A stretch of DNA of 51,522 nt from Hyphochytrium catenoides (GCA_900088475.1 FLMG01003228.1:1-51522), one strand, 5' to 3'; positions 1 through 23,259 are shown, counted from the first letter of the stretch. Notes: generated by a model not told the origin, from the letters alone. Numbers and translations: made by a program.

Positions 1-1267
1 CTCATTGTCTCGCTCCGTTTACCCTATCTTCCTCACTTCATTTCTATCTCTCTGCGGCGCTCTGTCTACCTTTAAAGCTCTTTTAGCGCACTCTGTCTCG
101 CGTGCCGCTGACGATGGAGGGGGAAGCCGCGCAACAGCCATCAAGAGCCAAAAATGACCGAAGAAAGAGCGTGAGACAGAGAGAGGGAAAGTGGCCCGAG
201 GTCGAGACAGAGAAGTGGTAAATGTATGAGAGATCTAGGGATGGCAGGAAGTTGTTCGAAAGACAGAGAGGGCAGGAGAGACAACTAAACCAGCACACCC
301 ACCCACCGTAACAGAAAGGCCACTGAGGCGGTAGTAGTACAGCTATCACACGGGCAAGTGGGACGGGTGGGCGCCACGTCCTCTTACTTGGGCTTGGTCT
401 TCAACACCAGAACCGCAATTTACTAGACCTCCTACTCCGAAATATCTTTACTAGGATTGGGTTTGGTTTAAGGTTTATAAGTAGCTACAGTAGGTCTCAT
501 ACTCTTTACTGTAGCGGACTTCCCTGTGGGTCTGAGGGACAGGGACGAAGAGGCAACGTCTTAGACTGCTTTTGATTGGCTGAAATTGTCACTGCCTTTC
601 GATGGTGCATTTACCTCCTCACTGGCCGGAAAACACAATCACACAGAGCACGAACGGTTGACACAACTACAGCAGTTGTATCATTCAAAGGCGTAATCAG
701 AACAGTCCTTCTTTCCTAGTTATTCCTTCTTGGTAATCAACGAATGGAAATAAGATTTGATTCCTCCGGTTCTGGTTTGTTTAACCTGCCAGCTCTGGAA
801 AACTCCTTGGAAGTCATTATTAGGAAAGAGCTTTTTTCTTCCTTGGTCTTCAGGAGCTCCAGGTCACAACTGATGATGATGGAGCCTTCATCGCTGTAAC
901 GAGTGGAGTACTAGTACTACTACCTCTCATCGTGGTGGAGGGCTGCTCAAAAGGTTCCAATAGGTTATTTAGCAGCATGCACCACTCTTTACTTTACTTT
1001 GTTGCTGCCTGCTCGCGCGATGATGTAGTATAAGTAAGTCTCCTCGTTGTTGGTTGATGATGATATTATTACTGCCCGTTTGCTATGAGGAACACTCTTT
1101 TTATCCATTTGATTGTTGAAGTTACCATGTATTTGGGTAAGCTTTTGATGAAGAGTCGAAGGACGAAATCATCCCAGTGCCCACTCGATGATGTAGCATA
1201 ATGCGAGTGTAGCCTACCATCAACAATTGCTTCAGAAAATCCATTAATAATAAGTCCCTCCCCCCAC

Positions 1268-1295
1268 NNNNNNNNNNNNNNNNNNNNNNNNNNNN
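1268..1295. other. Assembly gap (N run)
   Basis: Run of N. Confidence 0.99.
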
Positions 1296-3583
1296 ATTGT
1301 TGCCAAGCCCTCCGTTTCCCCTTTGCCTCGTTTTCGTGTCGACTCCTTGCAAGTCTTGATACGCTCCTCAGCAGGGGTGGTTTCCCTTTTTGTTATACGA
1401 CTACACCCCCCTCTGGGCTTTCATTCTTTTCTTCTAATGCCCAACAAGCCAGTGTAATGGGCCAGCAAGGCTCTCTTCGCGAGGTCCTCGGATTTGGCGT
1501 TCTACAAGTAAGGCTCCTATTTTCCCGATACTATGAGCTCAGGCTAAAATAACCCAACAAATCTCCCTCCAAAGTAGACGCTCCCATCACCTGGTTGGCC
1601 AGGCCCAGCTGGTTATTAGCGGCGATTTTTTACTCAGCATAAACGATACAAAGAGCTAATGGTGGCTGACTACTTGGGCTTTTGCTGACAACCTGATGGC
1701 TTAGGATGCCCATATTCTTGCCCCGTAGGTATGGACGACAGCGTTAACCAGCAAAGAAAAACATAACTCCTTCTAGTCTATAGGGTACCTGGTGACAATA
1801 TAATTTTATATGAGGGCATGCAGCATGCAGCGGGGCAATCTGGGGGCCTCAGCAGTAAAGACAATTTAAATGGTTGTGGGATCACATCAGGATGTCATTA
1901 TGCAAGCAGCAGGAGGCTAACCCTCTAACCTCAATAACCCCTGCGATCTCTGCCATTATTATATCGCCGTTCGTCGTCAGTGGACACATTATACTACTCT
2001 AGGAGGAGTAGAGCCAATACCTACATACAACAACTACTTGAGCAAAACATTTCTTCTTCTTCAAACCAGTGCCCAGGAAAGCATAAAAGAGTTCTTGACA
2101 TACAAATCGTTGAGAATGCAACTTCCGCCCGCCAGTCTCAACCAATGGCGTACTCCTATAGATGTACAGCAGGAACGCTTCTTTCCCCCCTCCTCGCTCT
2201 GGACAAGTACTAGAGAGCGAGGAGCTCCATTTCCACTTTTTTGCTTCTTGCAGCTTGCCCTCCGAGGAAGATCATCCGGACCTAGAGCCAAGCCTCCTCT
2301 TCCTGCGACTACATACTCCTGGTAGGAAGTACCGTTTTTGCTGCAGTGCGCTAAATAAATAAGGCAGGATGATGGTGGGGAGCAGTGAACAACAGATGAC
2401 GACAACAATAGGTCATGCCCAGCACCTTTGTACAACTACAGAGCCGTCTGTTATCTGACACCGGTGTTCTGCTGGTATTGACAATAACCTGCAAGTAGTA
2501 GCTGCTCCACGCCTCCCTCCTCTTATCGTTTGATGAAGAGAGAAGATGTATTGTTATTACGGAAGGGTCCGTTGTCCTTTTTACCTTCTTCTCCCCAAGA
2601 AGGCTCCAAGCTTAAAAAAATAATAGGCGCTCTTCCTGGTAAACGGTAGTAGGTGGAGCAGTACTGTTTGCGGATCTACATACAGAGTCTGCGATCCCAT
2701 GAGCCCATGAGGTAGCTTCTTGTTGACAGTTTTCTGTGCCTATTGTGTGATGAGTGCAGAGCTATAGCCTTTAGTTCCTGCCACTCCTCCTAATAACCTC
2801 TAGAAGACACGCTGCCTTTGTTATACAAGCGCTTGGCTGGAGACAAGAAGAAAGAGGGGAGGAAACAATGTTTGTGACTTTCTTACCTTCCTACCCGCCT
2901 TCCTGACTTATACCCCAGACACCCAGACCTTCCGCGCTAATCCTATTCCGGGGCGCCGACCTATGGGTGGTCAGGTATAGACCTATTGACAGCTATTGGT
3001 TCTGATGCCTCACTACCAATCCCTCCATTCTCACCTGAAGATAAGCCGCGTAAATTTCTTATGATTGCTTGGTTGCTCTATTGGAATAAAGCTGTGCACT
3101 TTCCCCCCCTACCACCTCGGGCAGACAGAGTATGAAAGAAAGGTTGATAAGCGGGACGCTACGAGAGCCATTTCATAGAACGCAATGTAGGCCAAGTGGG
3201 GAGACAGAGGGCCAACGAGATTTCGAGGAGGAAGAGAGAGACAGAGATGGAAAGAAAAGGACGAAAAGGGAAGAAACAGAAGAACTGAGTCAGAGATATA
3301 GAAACGCCAGAATTGAGGGCTGAGCGGGCAGACAGAGAGTAAAAGAGAATTGTAGGACAAAGACAGAGTAACCACGAGGCAAACTAAAGTCGGTGAAAGA
3401 TATGGTTGGAGACATAAAGCGAGATCTCAGGAGAGAAAGGAAATCGAGACAGAGAAGGAGAGAGCTAGGCAAGCGAGGAATAGAGGCGGAAGTGATGGCC
3501 GGGCAGTAGCAGCAGGAAGGGAAGTGGATTCAAGAGGTAAGACGGTTAGTCGATGCTAGCGAGATGACGGCGAGGGCGGGAAG

Positions 3584-3586
<3 letters not shown>

Positions 3587-3632
<46 letters not shown>
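3587..3632. repeat. (GA)n microsatellite within GA-rich intergenic DNA upstream of the receptor kinase
   Basis: Perfect GA dinucleotide run. Confidence 0.95.
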
Positions 3633-3636
<4 letters not shown>

Positions 3637-4284
3637 GGAAGGGTTCGCACCATTAATAAGAGGAAGAAGGACGTCATACCAAGGAAACCGAGAGAAAGAG
3701 AGAGAGAGAGCACGCTGCTCACAGATCCAGCTGCCCCATCAGACAGCAGGAAGAAAAAGGAGAAAAGGAGACGGAAAAGGAGGAAAGAGCGCATCGGCCT
3801 TTAATCCTCCCCAAGCAGGGTAACAAGCCGACTAACGAGGAACAAGCAAGCTCTTCGAGTGGTCAAAGCAGAGAGAGAACAGTTCTCAGCGGTAAGGGAC
3901 GAGCCAACGCAGCAAACACCAGGAGGTCGGTCATCCTTGTATCTAATCTGCTGTTTGTGCGTGCTCTTCTCGTGCTCAACTCTTTCTCTTCATCACTCTC
4001 CTTAGCAACACGCCGATGATACATCTCCTAGGACTTCCAATCTTACGCGGTAGTTAGTCCTCTGGGAAGAACCCCACGTGGCGTCGTGCCATCCATTTCG
4101 TTCGGACTTCAGCCCGCTCAGAGCTGGAGCAAGATGTGGGATCTATCTGGCGATAGGTCTTGCCAAGAGCTTTAGAACGAGGAGCCCGTATAAAGTCTCG
4201 AGAGCACACGCATTGGAAGGGAGCTTTTTGCCTCCTTCGAGCAATTGCAGAGCATGTGATCGTGCTTCACAGGAGCTGAGACTC

Positions 4285-10302
<6,018 letters not shown>

Positions 10303-10778
10303 CATGGGAGCTAGGTCAAGACCGGAGAGGGGAAGACGAGAGAGGGACGGAAAGAGAGGTTGCCAGAGCTGCCTAGGATGGGAGAGAAGGGATGATGGAA
10401 AAGGATGCAAGTGATAGATTGAGGTCTGGAGGGAGACAAGGATCGGGAGAGTGTGCCGCAAGCGGATAGATCAAATACTGAAGAGAGAGAGAGAGAGAGA
10501 AGGGAGATAATGCAGAGGATAGTGGACAAGGCCAGCGCTTCCTCTCCCAGCAATACACTTCTATTTATTGATGAGGCAGGAGAACAGCAATCTCCTACTT
10601 CACTTCTAACGTTTTTCAATAGATTGTTTATACTTTTCTTTTCTAGCGGGGACCCAAAGACATATGTGCCGTCTTTCCTGCTCTTCTGGTGCGAATTAAG
10701 GCCCTCTGCCTGGATGTTCAGACACTGCCCGGTGTCTCCTTGCTCGTCCTCCTCCATATCAGGCTCTCCTCCCCTCAG

Positions 10779-13700
10779 TCAGTATTCTCTCGCAGGCTCA
10801 GCTGGATGATTGAAAAGACTTCTTAGGATGAACTCTCTGGTGGCGATTCCAGTGCTCCCCAATATGAAGCGGTAACTTCCTCCTCCCTCTCGGCCTGCCT
10901 TGCTCTGAATAACATCGTTCAAGTCTTGGATCTACCATCAGCCCAAGCTAAGATTAGTCTGGAGACCAGCTAATAGGAAAAAGGAAGTAGAGCAAAGGCA
11001 CAAGGATAGAGAGGACGGCAAAACGAGCAGATCATGGCCTCACCTCCTGAAAGGTTATCCCGCCGACCACAAAGAGAACAATGACTTTCTGATCCCGAGG
11101 CGACGCTGTTGCTTGGCCACCAAACCTCAACCGACTTTACCGGCACAGTGATCAAGAGGGCAATCATCTTAGGAGAATTTTCTTCCCAGTTAAAGTGCAG
11201 CCAGCTCGCTCTTATGCTCTGCTTGCCCACCTTCACGTTCACATTTCCGCTCTCTCTCTTTCCTGGCTTCTCACCTGAGGCCAGAAAGAAAGCCCATTCC
11301 TACTCGGCTGAGTTGCTGGACGACAGAGCCGACAGGAGCGACGTCCTCCATATCAATCTCAGGATTAATAATACCCTCTACGATCTTAGTGCAGAGTCCT
11401 CTCGGCCGGAGCCCTGGACCCCCGCCTTCAACCAGGATGTCAATGGATTGAAGATATGAAAGGCCTGACCGAGCTGAAGAGCACTCCTAAAATACATGGG
11501 CGGGATACAGGGGATATAGATATGTTAGAGAGAGTAAGCAGATTGGGCGGTATGAGGTGTAACGCAGCGGGACTGTCCGAGGCCATAGAATCAGGAGAGA
11601 CGGTGTCTCCAGTCTGATGGGCAGTGGACATCATCCCTTGTCTATGGCTTACCCTGAGCGCTTTCTGCAACTCTTCAAGGCAGTCCTCTAACTCTAACTT
11701 GAGCTGCAGGTCGTCGTAGCTGCTACCATCCTGGGTCTTTCGAGTGTCTAGTTCCTCCGCTCCTTCCTCTTCATCGCCCCAGTCATCCCAGTCGTCTGGT
11801 CAGTTCAGTGCATAAGACGAGAAGAGATAAAGAGTTGAGTTCTTTGCCGCTATCGCCTTCTCTCATTGTCTGTCTGTCTTCGATAGACTGTCCATTATAG
11901 TGGTAGATCTTTACCTTGCGGAGATTCGCTCTCTCTTCCTTCTTCCTGGGAAATGGCTGCACTAGGAGCTTGTCCTGAGGCTCGCGCAGCTAGCTGATGA
12001 CGCAATGACGAGTCCAACCAGGCAAACCGCTTGACCTCCGCAGCCGATGACTAAAACAACGAGATAAGGCTCTTGGCTGAAGCTAAGGCGAAGATAAGAC
12101 ACAAAATATAGAACAAAGAACAGCGATTGGGGACGACCGATGGTGGCGCCGGACATTAGGACGCATAATATGAGCTAGGAAGAGGACGAAAAAGAAGGAT
12201 CAAGATCAAATAAAGTCAGGCGGAAGAGACAGAACAGAAAGCCACGTACTCTGAGCACCGCGTCAGTCAGGACATTCCGCAAAAACCGCTCGGTTGTACT
12301 GTCAAAGCTGCGGCCATCTACCAAAGAATAGGCATGAACTGCTAGCCCGAGAACATCTTCAGCCGTGATCCGGCCAGGACCGCTTGAATAAGGCCCTTGC
12401 GCAAGGATTAGCGGGTGAACCTGGTCCAGCACCTTGGTAAGAACGAGCTCCTGCAGGAGAGAGCTCCCCGACCTGTGAGGCACCCATTAGGATGGCTGAC
12501 GATCTACTCAAGCAAGCTCGAACCCTAAGAAGAGGACGGGCTGATGACTGAGGAGACACCACCAAAGCAGCCAGTAAATCTAGTTATTGTCCCTACTAGC
12601 AAACAAGATGGATTCTCATACTCGTTGGCTCTGGCCATGAGCTGGTATTGCGCCTGCTCAAGCTCTTCTAGCTGAGCCCAGGAGGGGAAAGCAGGAGCGT
12701 CATTGTCCGTCCTTGCAAGAGCCTCCAGCATAGCGGACCCAATCTGCAGCAGCTCTCCGCATCGAGCAGCAGCCGCTGGACTATCAGACGCCACAGCCTA
12801 GTCAGAGATACTCTCGTCGTTAGATTGTCTGTTGATAACAGAAAGAGTATAACGTAGGCATGAAAGGCCGAGCGTCGATAGGGCAGCGAAAGCTCGTAGA
12901 TCATTGCCCTCGCGAAAGGCATGCAAAAATGCGGTCGACTTTAGCTATAATCGTGAGTGGAGTGGCCAAGACCTGCATAAAGCCATAAATAATATCTCTG
13001 CCTCGCTGGCCAGGCTTCCTCTTCGGTGCCGCTACTTGTTCCTTTCGCATGATCCCCATCAGCTCGCGCTGCAGGTGCAGAAGTGCAGCTTTTGCGGGTT
13101 TCCCAGCCAGCGAGTGAAAGACCGCCTAATAGTAGGTCATTAGAGTATTGCGGGCCAAAGAGATACGAGATTGCCAACGACGCCCAGGCCAAAGATATAA
13201 CGGGACACGATGTCAGCGACGTGAGGTCTCCCTTAAGGGCGTTACCTCGGCGACCGGATCATTTCTGTGAGCAATGGCCGTGCCTCCTCTCCAGGCAAAC
13301 TCAGCGAGGAACGGTGTAGGACGGGATCCTACGGCTTCTTCAGAATTAGTGGTTTTACAGGAGAAGGGAGATAGACCTTGACGGTGCACTTTCGGTCCGT
13401 GCACGGGGTAAATCTCAACGACCGGGGGAAGCTGGGCAGTAAAGAGGAAGCAGGGCAATAACGATTAAAGAACGGCTCCACTTGCAGGTGAAGTTCTAAC
13501 CAGTACAGAACTGAAGATGTTGCCTAGCCACGAACAGAGAATTGACGTGACACCAGGGGGAGGATATTCATTCTTCTACCTCCTTCGCTTCACTATCGAC
13601 ACAGACGTGGTGCTCTCTGTTTCGAGGAAAGACGCTCATTATCCGGTCCAGGAGGGAGTCACCGTGCCTGCAAGCTGATACCAGGTCCATCGTCCTGGGG

Positions 13701-16100
13701 AAGCGCAAGAATGTGGAGATTAGCCAATTAGCCAAAGAACACTTGCGACCAAGAAGGCAAGGAAAGTCCTAGCTGCCCCGCCAGGGTACAGTGCAGGACC
13801 CCCGCGCTTAGAGATATACAGAAGAGGTTGTGGGGAAGGATAGAGAGTTACCGGTCGACAAGAATAAGCGAGGCTTTCGGCAGCATCTCCAGTTCTTCAG
13901 GGGCCAGCGAGGAATGCATAGACCCCAGGATATCAGCCACAGTGTTCCCAATCAGCCGGGCAGTGGTGCCGACAGCGAAGGAAGAGTCCACCACCTGTAA
14001 TGGGGAGTGGAGACAGGAGCCAACTTCTACATTTAGTGCAAGCATAAGAGCTATGGCTCCCAGAGTGCAGCAGGGGACCCAGACCAAGAGCAAATTGTAA
14101 AAGAGGTGACAGAGAAATGCCGTGAAGCCAGGTGACACTAAAGAAAGATCAATACAGGCATGAGACCGATAACAAATGATAAAATGATAAGGACAAGAGT
14201 GAATCAGAAAGGGGAAAGGGCGAGGAGAGAAAAAGAAGAGAAGTCTCAGTACGTTAAGTTTTAGCTGCCTAAGAATCCCTGCAAGGCTATGGGCTAGCAA
14301 TCTGTAGCTTAGCCGCCGCGTCTCTGGAATGTCAGTGGCCGAAATGTCTCGAACATGCTGGATCTCATCCGGCGCGGCGCCTTGAGAGCTCACGCTACTG
14401 CTCCGAACCCTACCTGCCAGTCCATAACTCAGCATAAAGGGAAAGACAGAACTGCAGGTCGTCTGGCTGAGGAGAAACGTAGAAGGTAGAGCCGGAGATC
14501 CACTCAGGAGAGGAATGGCAAGAAGGGGCAGGTGCTGCACCTCTACCCGCAGATCGAGGTTATGGCGTCGTGCTAGAGCTGAGAGAGTGTCCGCTCCGTC
14601 TACGTAAGGACAGGCAAAGAAGCAAAATAGTCAACTTAGGAGGCGCCTCAGACTTCTCGTTCTTCCCTCACATTCGCCCCTCCATACGTCTGAAGCTTGC
14701 CTGGGCCATACTTCTACAGCTTGCTTGGTCAAAGGAAAGATGCTCTCACTGCTAATGGGGGACCTACCGGAGGAGGCCTCTTCCGGACCATCCCATAGAG
14801 TGTAAACCAACTTGGACGGTGACATAACCCCAAAGCCCATGTCTGCACTGTCTCGCTTTGCTTCCTCCCGCTCTCTCGGAGCATTGCCACAAAGAGACTG
14901 TTGAAAGGCACCTGTATCCGGCTCTTCGCCTATTTATCGAGGAGAGAAGAGTGAGCTTATCTCTGCTTGGTGAGAACTTTCTCTCTTTGACCTCCTCTTA
15001 ACCTACGTGGAGCCGTCTTTCTCAGGGTTACGTCCTCTCGGCCCACCTCTCTCTCTCTCTCTCTCTGTATTTCTGTGCCTCTCTTCTCCGCATTTTCTCT
15101 CTATCTTTATCTCTGTGCATCTATCCTGTCTAACTCCTCGAGAAACAGAGAGACAGCTTCATTCACGATGTCTCTGTTTCTCTTTCTGCATCGAGTTATC
15201 TGGAGACTTCTTACCTGCTGCTGTCCCCGGTCGGTCGCTCACTTTGCGTTTGGGACTATCCTCTCTATCAGAAAACGTTCGTGCCCTTCGTCTTGGTGAC
15301 AGGAACTCTTGACTGCCCTGGCGGCGGCGCCCAGCCTAGTAACGGTGATAGAACCGAATGACAACGATTAGAGCAAGGAGACAAGGGGGATGGGAGAGAG
15401 AGGACGGAAAGCAGACGAAGAGAGCAAAGTATTCAAGAGCATAGCTTATTCTGGCTCGAAAGTCTTACCCTGGGAGAGCTACTCAAGGCGCGGAGGAGCC
15501 GCTTTGAGAAGTCTTCGAACTTCATCTCTCCCAGTTTCTGATGCTGAGGATGGCAACCGTGTGCCTCCTCTGAGAGGGAGGAGCAGAGTACAGCGTGACG
15601 GAAGCATCCAGACGAAAGGACGCGGAGGACGTCCTGCTCTACGTCCCACAAGAAAGATGTTAGCAAGAACAGAATGCGTCGAGCGGGCGCCTTGCCTGCC
15701 GCCCCTTCTTCGTCCTTCGATTGAACTGCTTGGCCAAAGAGACACGATGAGAGCTTCTCAGGCGTAAGCCAGAGCACCTCCAGATCTTCTTTGGATAATG
15801 CTGCGGCCTCCGACAGAGAAAGAACATGGTGCACATGCAGAGTGTCCACGAGGAAACGTGCGCCCCCGCACCAGCGAATGACCTTCACATTCCACGTGCC
15901 GATGCTGTTACTCTCATGTGGAAGAGGATACCTTAATCTTCAGCTGGTCTTACCTCGGCGGCGCCTTCATCTAAGACCAGGATGGAGGCTTTCAGGTATC
16001 CCAGGGATGCCAGATGGACGATGGGGTCCCGAAACTCTTCCGTCAGGTCGAGTGCCTCCAACCCGCGCAAGCGCCCCAGAGGAAGCGAAGGCCCATCCAT
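10779..16100 (-). CDS. SCFD2: Sec1-family domain-containing protein, SCFD2 / plant MIP3-like; multi-exon
   Basis: Spliced peptides: ILVLDEGAAE|VIRWCGGARFL, ASLILVDR|TMDLVS, DDWDDWGDEEE..YDDLQLKLELED (MIP3-like), C-terminal VIVLFVVGGITFQE and FILGSTGI. Canonical GT-AG junctions keep the frame. Confidence 0.85.
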
Positions 16101-16722
16101 TTTACTGCCAAGTGCCTCGTCCCTCGCTGCTGTCAACTCCTTTGCCTTTTGTCCGCTTTACTTATCACAGGAGATGCGGCAGTGCGAGTCGCCATCTGGC
16201 ATGCTTGTTGTCCTCTAGCCTCCCACCGGAGCCTCAGGCACATCCGATGCTGATACTGCTTCTTTGCCTTGCCTCCTTCTTCATCCCTTCTGCCGTCTCA
16301 TTTGGTGCATGAAGCCACTATTCTGCAGATTCTCTAGCCAAAGCTACTCAGCTATAGAGAGCTCCATATCTATCTCATCAGCGTGCGGAGCTCGCAGGCC
16401 AAAGACAATGAAGAAATCTGCTTGAAGCTTCATTGGGTGGACATTTTAGCGTTAGCGGTACCAAATCTACACCTGGAGGACGACAGAGATAGTCAGCGCC
16501 CTCCCAAAGGTGTGGCAATATGTTACTGAAATAACATTGTTTGGCAAAGGAGTTCCGGACAAATTCTGTGTCGGTGGGTCCCATTGCCATCATCCAAGCA
16601 ATACCCAAAAGCTTCAGAATGCAGCACTGACGGCCCAAGAGATGAAGATTCTGATGCCTCCCGGGTCACTAGCAGGGAGCTGGTCCTCGTTACGCAGTCC
16701 CTATCAAGCAAAGCTCGGCAAG

Positions 16723-19847
<3,125 letters not shown>

Positions 19848-20047
19848 CAGCGGTTAACTCCACATAAACTGGTTTTTATACAGTCCCATCTCATAGAGTA
19901 CATTTAGACCTCTTACACAGCGGCTAATACTAGCTGCACCCTTGCTTCCCCATTGCCCTTCTGCCTGCCTGTAAGCATATCTACCTAATCAGAGCGGTAT
20001 ATAAGGAATCAGAGCAGCAAGCAATGTTCAATACGCTGCTGACGCTC

Positions 20048-21723
20048 CTAATGAGCGGCTGGTACTGGGGCATCGCTGTGCGTAGTGATGGGCCCGTTGC
20101 CGCCGCTAGAAACTTTATCTGCATAGCCGCCGTTTCTATCAAATTTCTGCCCATTGTAACCACCCCTGGGGCCCCGAGGACCACGATTGTCAGGACCAGA
20201 ACCACGTCTGCGCCAGCTATCAGACCTGTTACCGGCCGGGTTCGCCCCTTCCTGCTGGACATGGGGTGGCCTCGGTCCGCGTCCACGTCGATCTCTGTAG
20301 TCGCGACTGTCACCGTCTCTTTGACCCCCACGAGCACTGTGACCTCTGGCACGGCCGCGGTGGCTACGTGGGTATCGGAAGTCTCTTGAGTCATCCTGTG
20401 CCTCTGCCTCTTGGCCACCTTCGACCGCCGCCTCTAGGGTCTGCTCCGCCACTACAGGCTCAGGAGTAGTCGCACTTGGAAGCATCTCAGCGGCTGGTAA
20501 ATCCTCTAGCGTTTGCTCTTCCATCTGAAGGTCCACTGATGGTCCTTCCGCGTCAGGAGAAACCTCGACTGGTGCTTCTGGTGTCAAAGTCTCTTCAGCT
20601 AGGGTGCGGTCTGCATCTACAAAGAAGTTAAAAGCAGGAACTGCGCTGGTGGAGGCTGCCTTCTCCTCTGCGGCTCGCACGATCTCATTGACGGCGTCCT
20701 CCAGCTGAGCATAGGTTAGCCCATGCGCTACCTCCTTCTGTTCTCTGTTGAGATATTTCCTTGACTCTGCCAGGGACTCCTTCAGATTCTCTAAGAAAGA
20801 AGACTCTTCTGGAGGTCTACAAAGAGAGGGACAAGTTTAGAGAAGGGTAGAATGAGGTCTATCGGCTCCATTCCGAGTAGGGTTAGGGTTGACTCTTTCT
20901 TTACCTGGTGCTCCCCAGCAGCACTCGCCGGAAGAAGTCCAAGGGGCTCGGAAGTTCCTTGCCCAACTCCTTTTGCACGCCAACGGTATGGAGAAGGCAA
21001 AGAATCCGCTCTACTGCGCGATCCTCGGCTGCCTTAACATCCACTGCAGACTCCTCCACTGGCTGCGCGTCAGAAGGCGCTTGGAGCTCCGGCAAAGGCT
21101 CCGTTTGGGTTGATTCTGAAGCTGCTGTCTCCTTAATAGGCTCTTCTTGGGTTGGAGCAGCCTCAGTCTTCACATCGGTCTTCTTTTGCGCCTCGTATTC
21201 CTATGAGCCACACCCGCATTAGCAATGGAGCTCCCGGTTTTCCTTGAGCCATATGGCAGTAGCAAGCATTCCTTACCTCGAGTTGCAGGTCGAGCATCTG
21301 GGTCCTAAGCCCCTCCAGCTCTGTTTGGAGCTTTAAAAGATCATCCTTCTTAGACAGCGCTTCTCGCTGCTGCTCATTGATTGCTTTGCCCTGCGCCTGC
21401 TTAGCCTCAATATCCTTCACCTTCTCTAACTTCTTTTTATAGTTGCGCAACCGCTTGTTCAGCAGGTTGATGTACGAGTTATCGGGGAGCACCACCGTGG
21501 GCTCTGGTGCAGCAGCCTGCTGTTGCTTCTTCTTCTTCTTCTTAACAGGTTTCTGGTCTGCCGAAGGAGTCTGAAGTTGCTCTTCCTTTGCTGGAGCACC
21601 TTCTCCATCTACGGGATGCACTGGCGCTGCAGCATCACCCTCAGCTGGACTGGCATCCTCCTGAGTAAACTCCTTGGTGTCTACCACGTCGATAATGGTT
21701 ACGGGCTCGGTTTCCTGCGGCAT
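20048..21723 (-). CDS. Caprin-like coiled-coil plus RGG-box RNA-binding protein; 3 exons
   Basis: YINLLNKRLRNYKKKLEKVKDIEAKQAQGKAINEQQREAL resembles the Caprin N-terminal helix. Acidic linker with AFNFF. C-terminal RG/RGG-rich tail. Two GT-AG introns. Confidence 0.65.
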
Positions 21724-21984
21724 GGTGTAGGAGGGACCCAAACAATGGCGAAGCAAGTTAAACAGGTCGAGTTGAAGAGAAAAGTAGGAGTCTGCGCTGC
21801 AACGAAGGGATTCCCAACTGCGATGGTGTTCTCAGTTCGTCTGAAAAGAAAGCTGCTGGCGGCCGGCGCTGACAGAAGCGGCGCGAGAGAAGGGGCAGTG
21901 GAGAGGAAGATGAAGACGGATGCTTGCCGGGGATTGATGATTGAGGTCAGTCGCTGCTTGACACTCTACATCACCCCTTCATGT

Positions 21985-22013
21985 CTCTCTTTCCTCCTCT
22001 CTCCCTCTTTCTC

Positions 22014-22058
<45 letters not shown>

Positions 22059-22101
22059 TTCTCTCTCTCTCTCTTCTCTCTCTCTCTTCTCTCTCTCTCT
22101 C
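21985..22101. repeat. (CT)n-rich microsatellite between the Caprin-like and SWIB-RING genes
   Basis: Long imperfect CT run. Confidence 0.9.
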
Positions 22102-23259
22102 TTCCATATCCATAGTCGAGTGCTCTGTCTCGTTAGTATCCAATGCCTCAGTCTCTTCTGCTCTTGGAACCTTCGATTTCTGAAGCAGAAAAAAGAAAGA
22201 TCAGACTCCCAAAACAGTCTGAGGCATGCCCACCCAACGCCTTAGTAAATAATGTTAGGGATGGGTGGGTTACCAGTGGCAGCCGCACAAACAAAACCTT
22301 CGATCAGATCCATCAACCTCTTGTTTTGTTAGTCAAAACCATGCTCCTCTCCCACCCAGCCTCTACCTAATGTACCTACCTAATATCTGTTTCCATCTTG
22401 GTCTGGCCACCCATCCTCTGAGAAGCCTTGAATTCTGAATATATTGTACTTGATATGATGTATACCAGATTATGATATATATCTATCCAAAATAGGCCCA
22501 CCATTCCACTCTTCAACTGGACTCCATATTTGACTTCAAACTCACTTCATAAGTCAAGAATGAGGGATACGGATGTAAAATCTACAGCCTCTCTGTCAGG
22601 AATAACTGTCAGAATCGCAATTCTGAAGTCTGAGGGTCTGAAGGTGGTTAGAGAAAGCTTCGAAACGGAAGAGAAGCTCCAGATGGAGATGCTGAGCTTC
22701 GCATCTGAGTGTTCGATTTTTTTGGTGGGAAAGAAGGAGGAAGCTGTATCTACACAGGCGGAGAGAATCTGCTGACGGCTGAAAGGGCGGATCAGAGGTC
22801 CCAGCAACCACGTTAGTCCAGCATAGTTGAAACAATTACAGCAAGAGATTGCAAAGGACCAAAGCTGTCCCGCATACTGGCACGCCGATCTCAAGAAGGA
22901 CAGTAAGATTCTGGACGCAGGTCTTTGGCAGGACTACTCCTACTTTGCCACAAGCGCCTCAAGAATTAGTAGTCGCATTTACCCTATCTACTAGCGAACC
23001 TGAACGTCCCACCGTCTTGTACAGCCCTTCTCCTGACTTCATGAATGGGAAGCTCCCTCAAATTCGTTAATGGGCTATGAGTCTCACGGCGACGGGTGAC
23101 GCGATGGCCACGAAGATATCCACCGAATACGTGTATGCATGTGATAGATGGTGGCCAAGCTCTGAATGTCCCAAGCTTTTCTGAAAATGTTAGCGGTGAT
23201 CGAACGTAAGACATGTTCATTGTGAAACGTCTTCCTGCCAAAGACACCGGAGAAGAGGC

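Noticed and set aside
21523-22245. 240-aa plus-strand ORF
   Set aside because: Antisense to the Caprin-like gene and runs through a CT microsatellite (LSLSLS).
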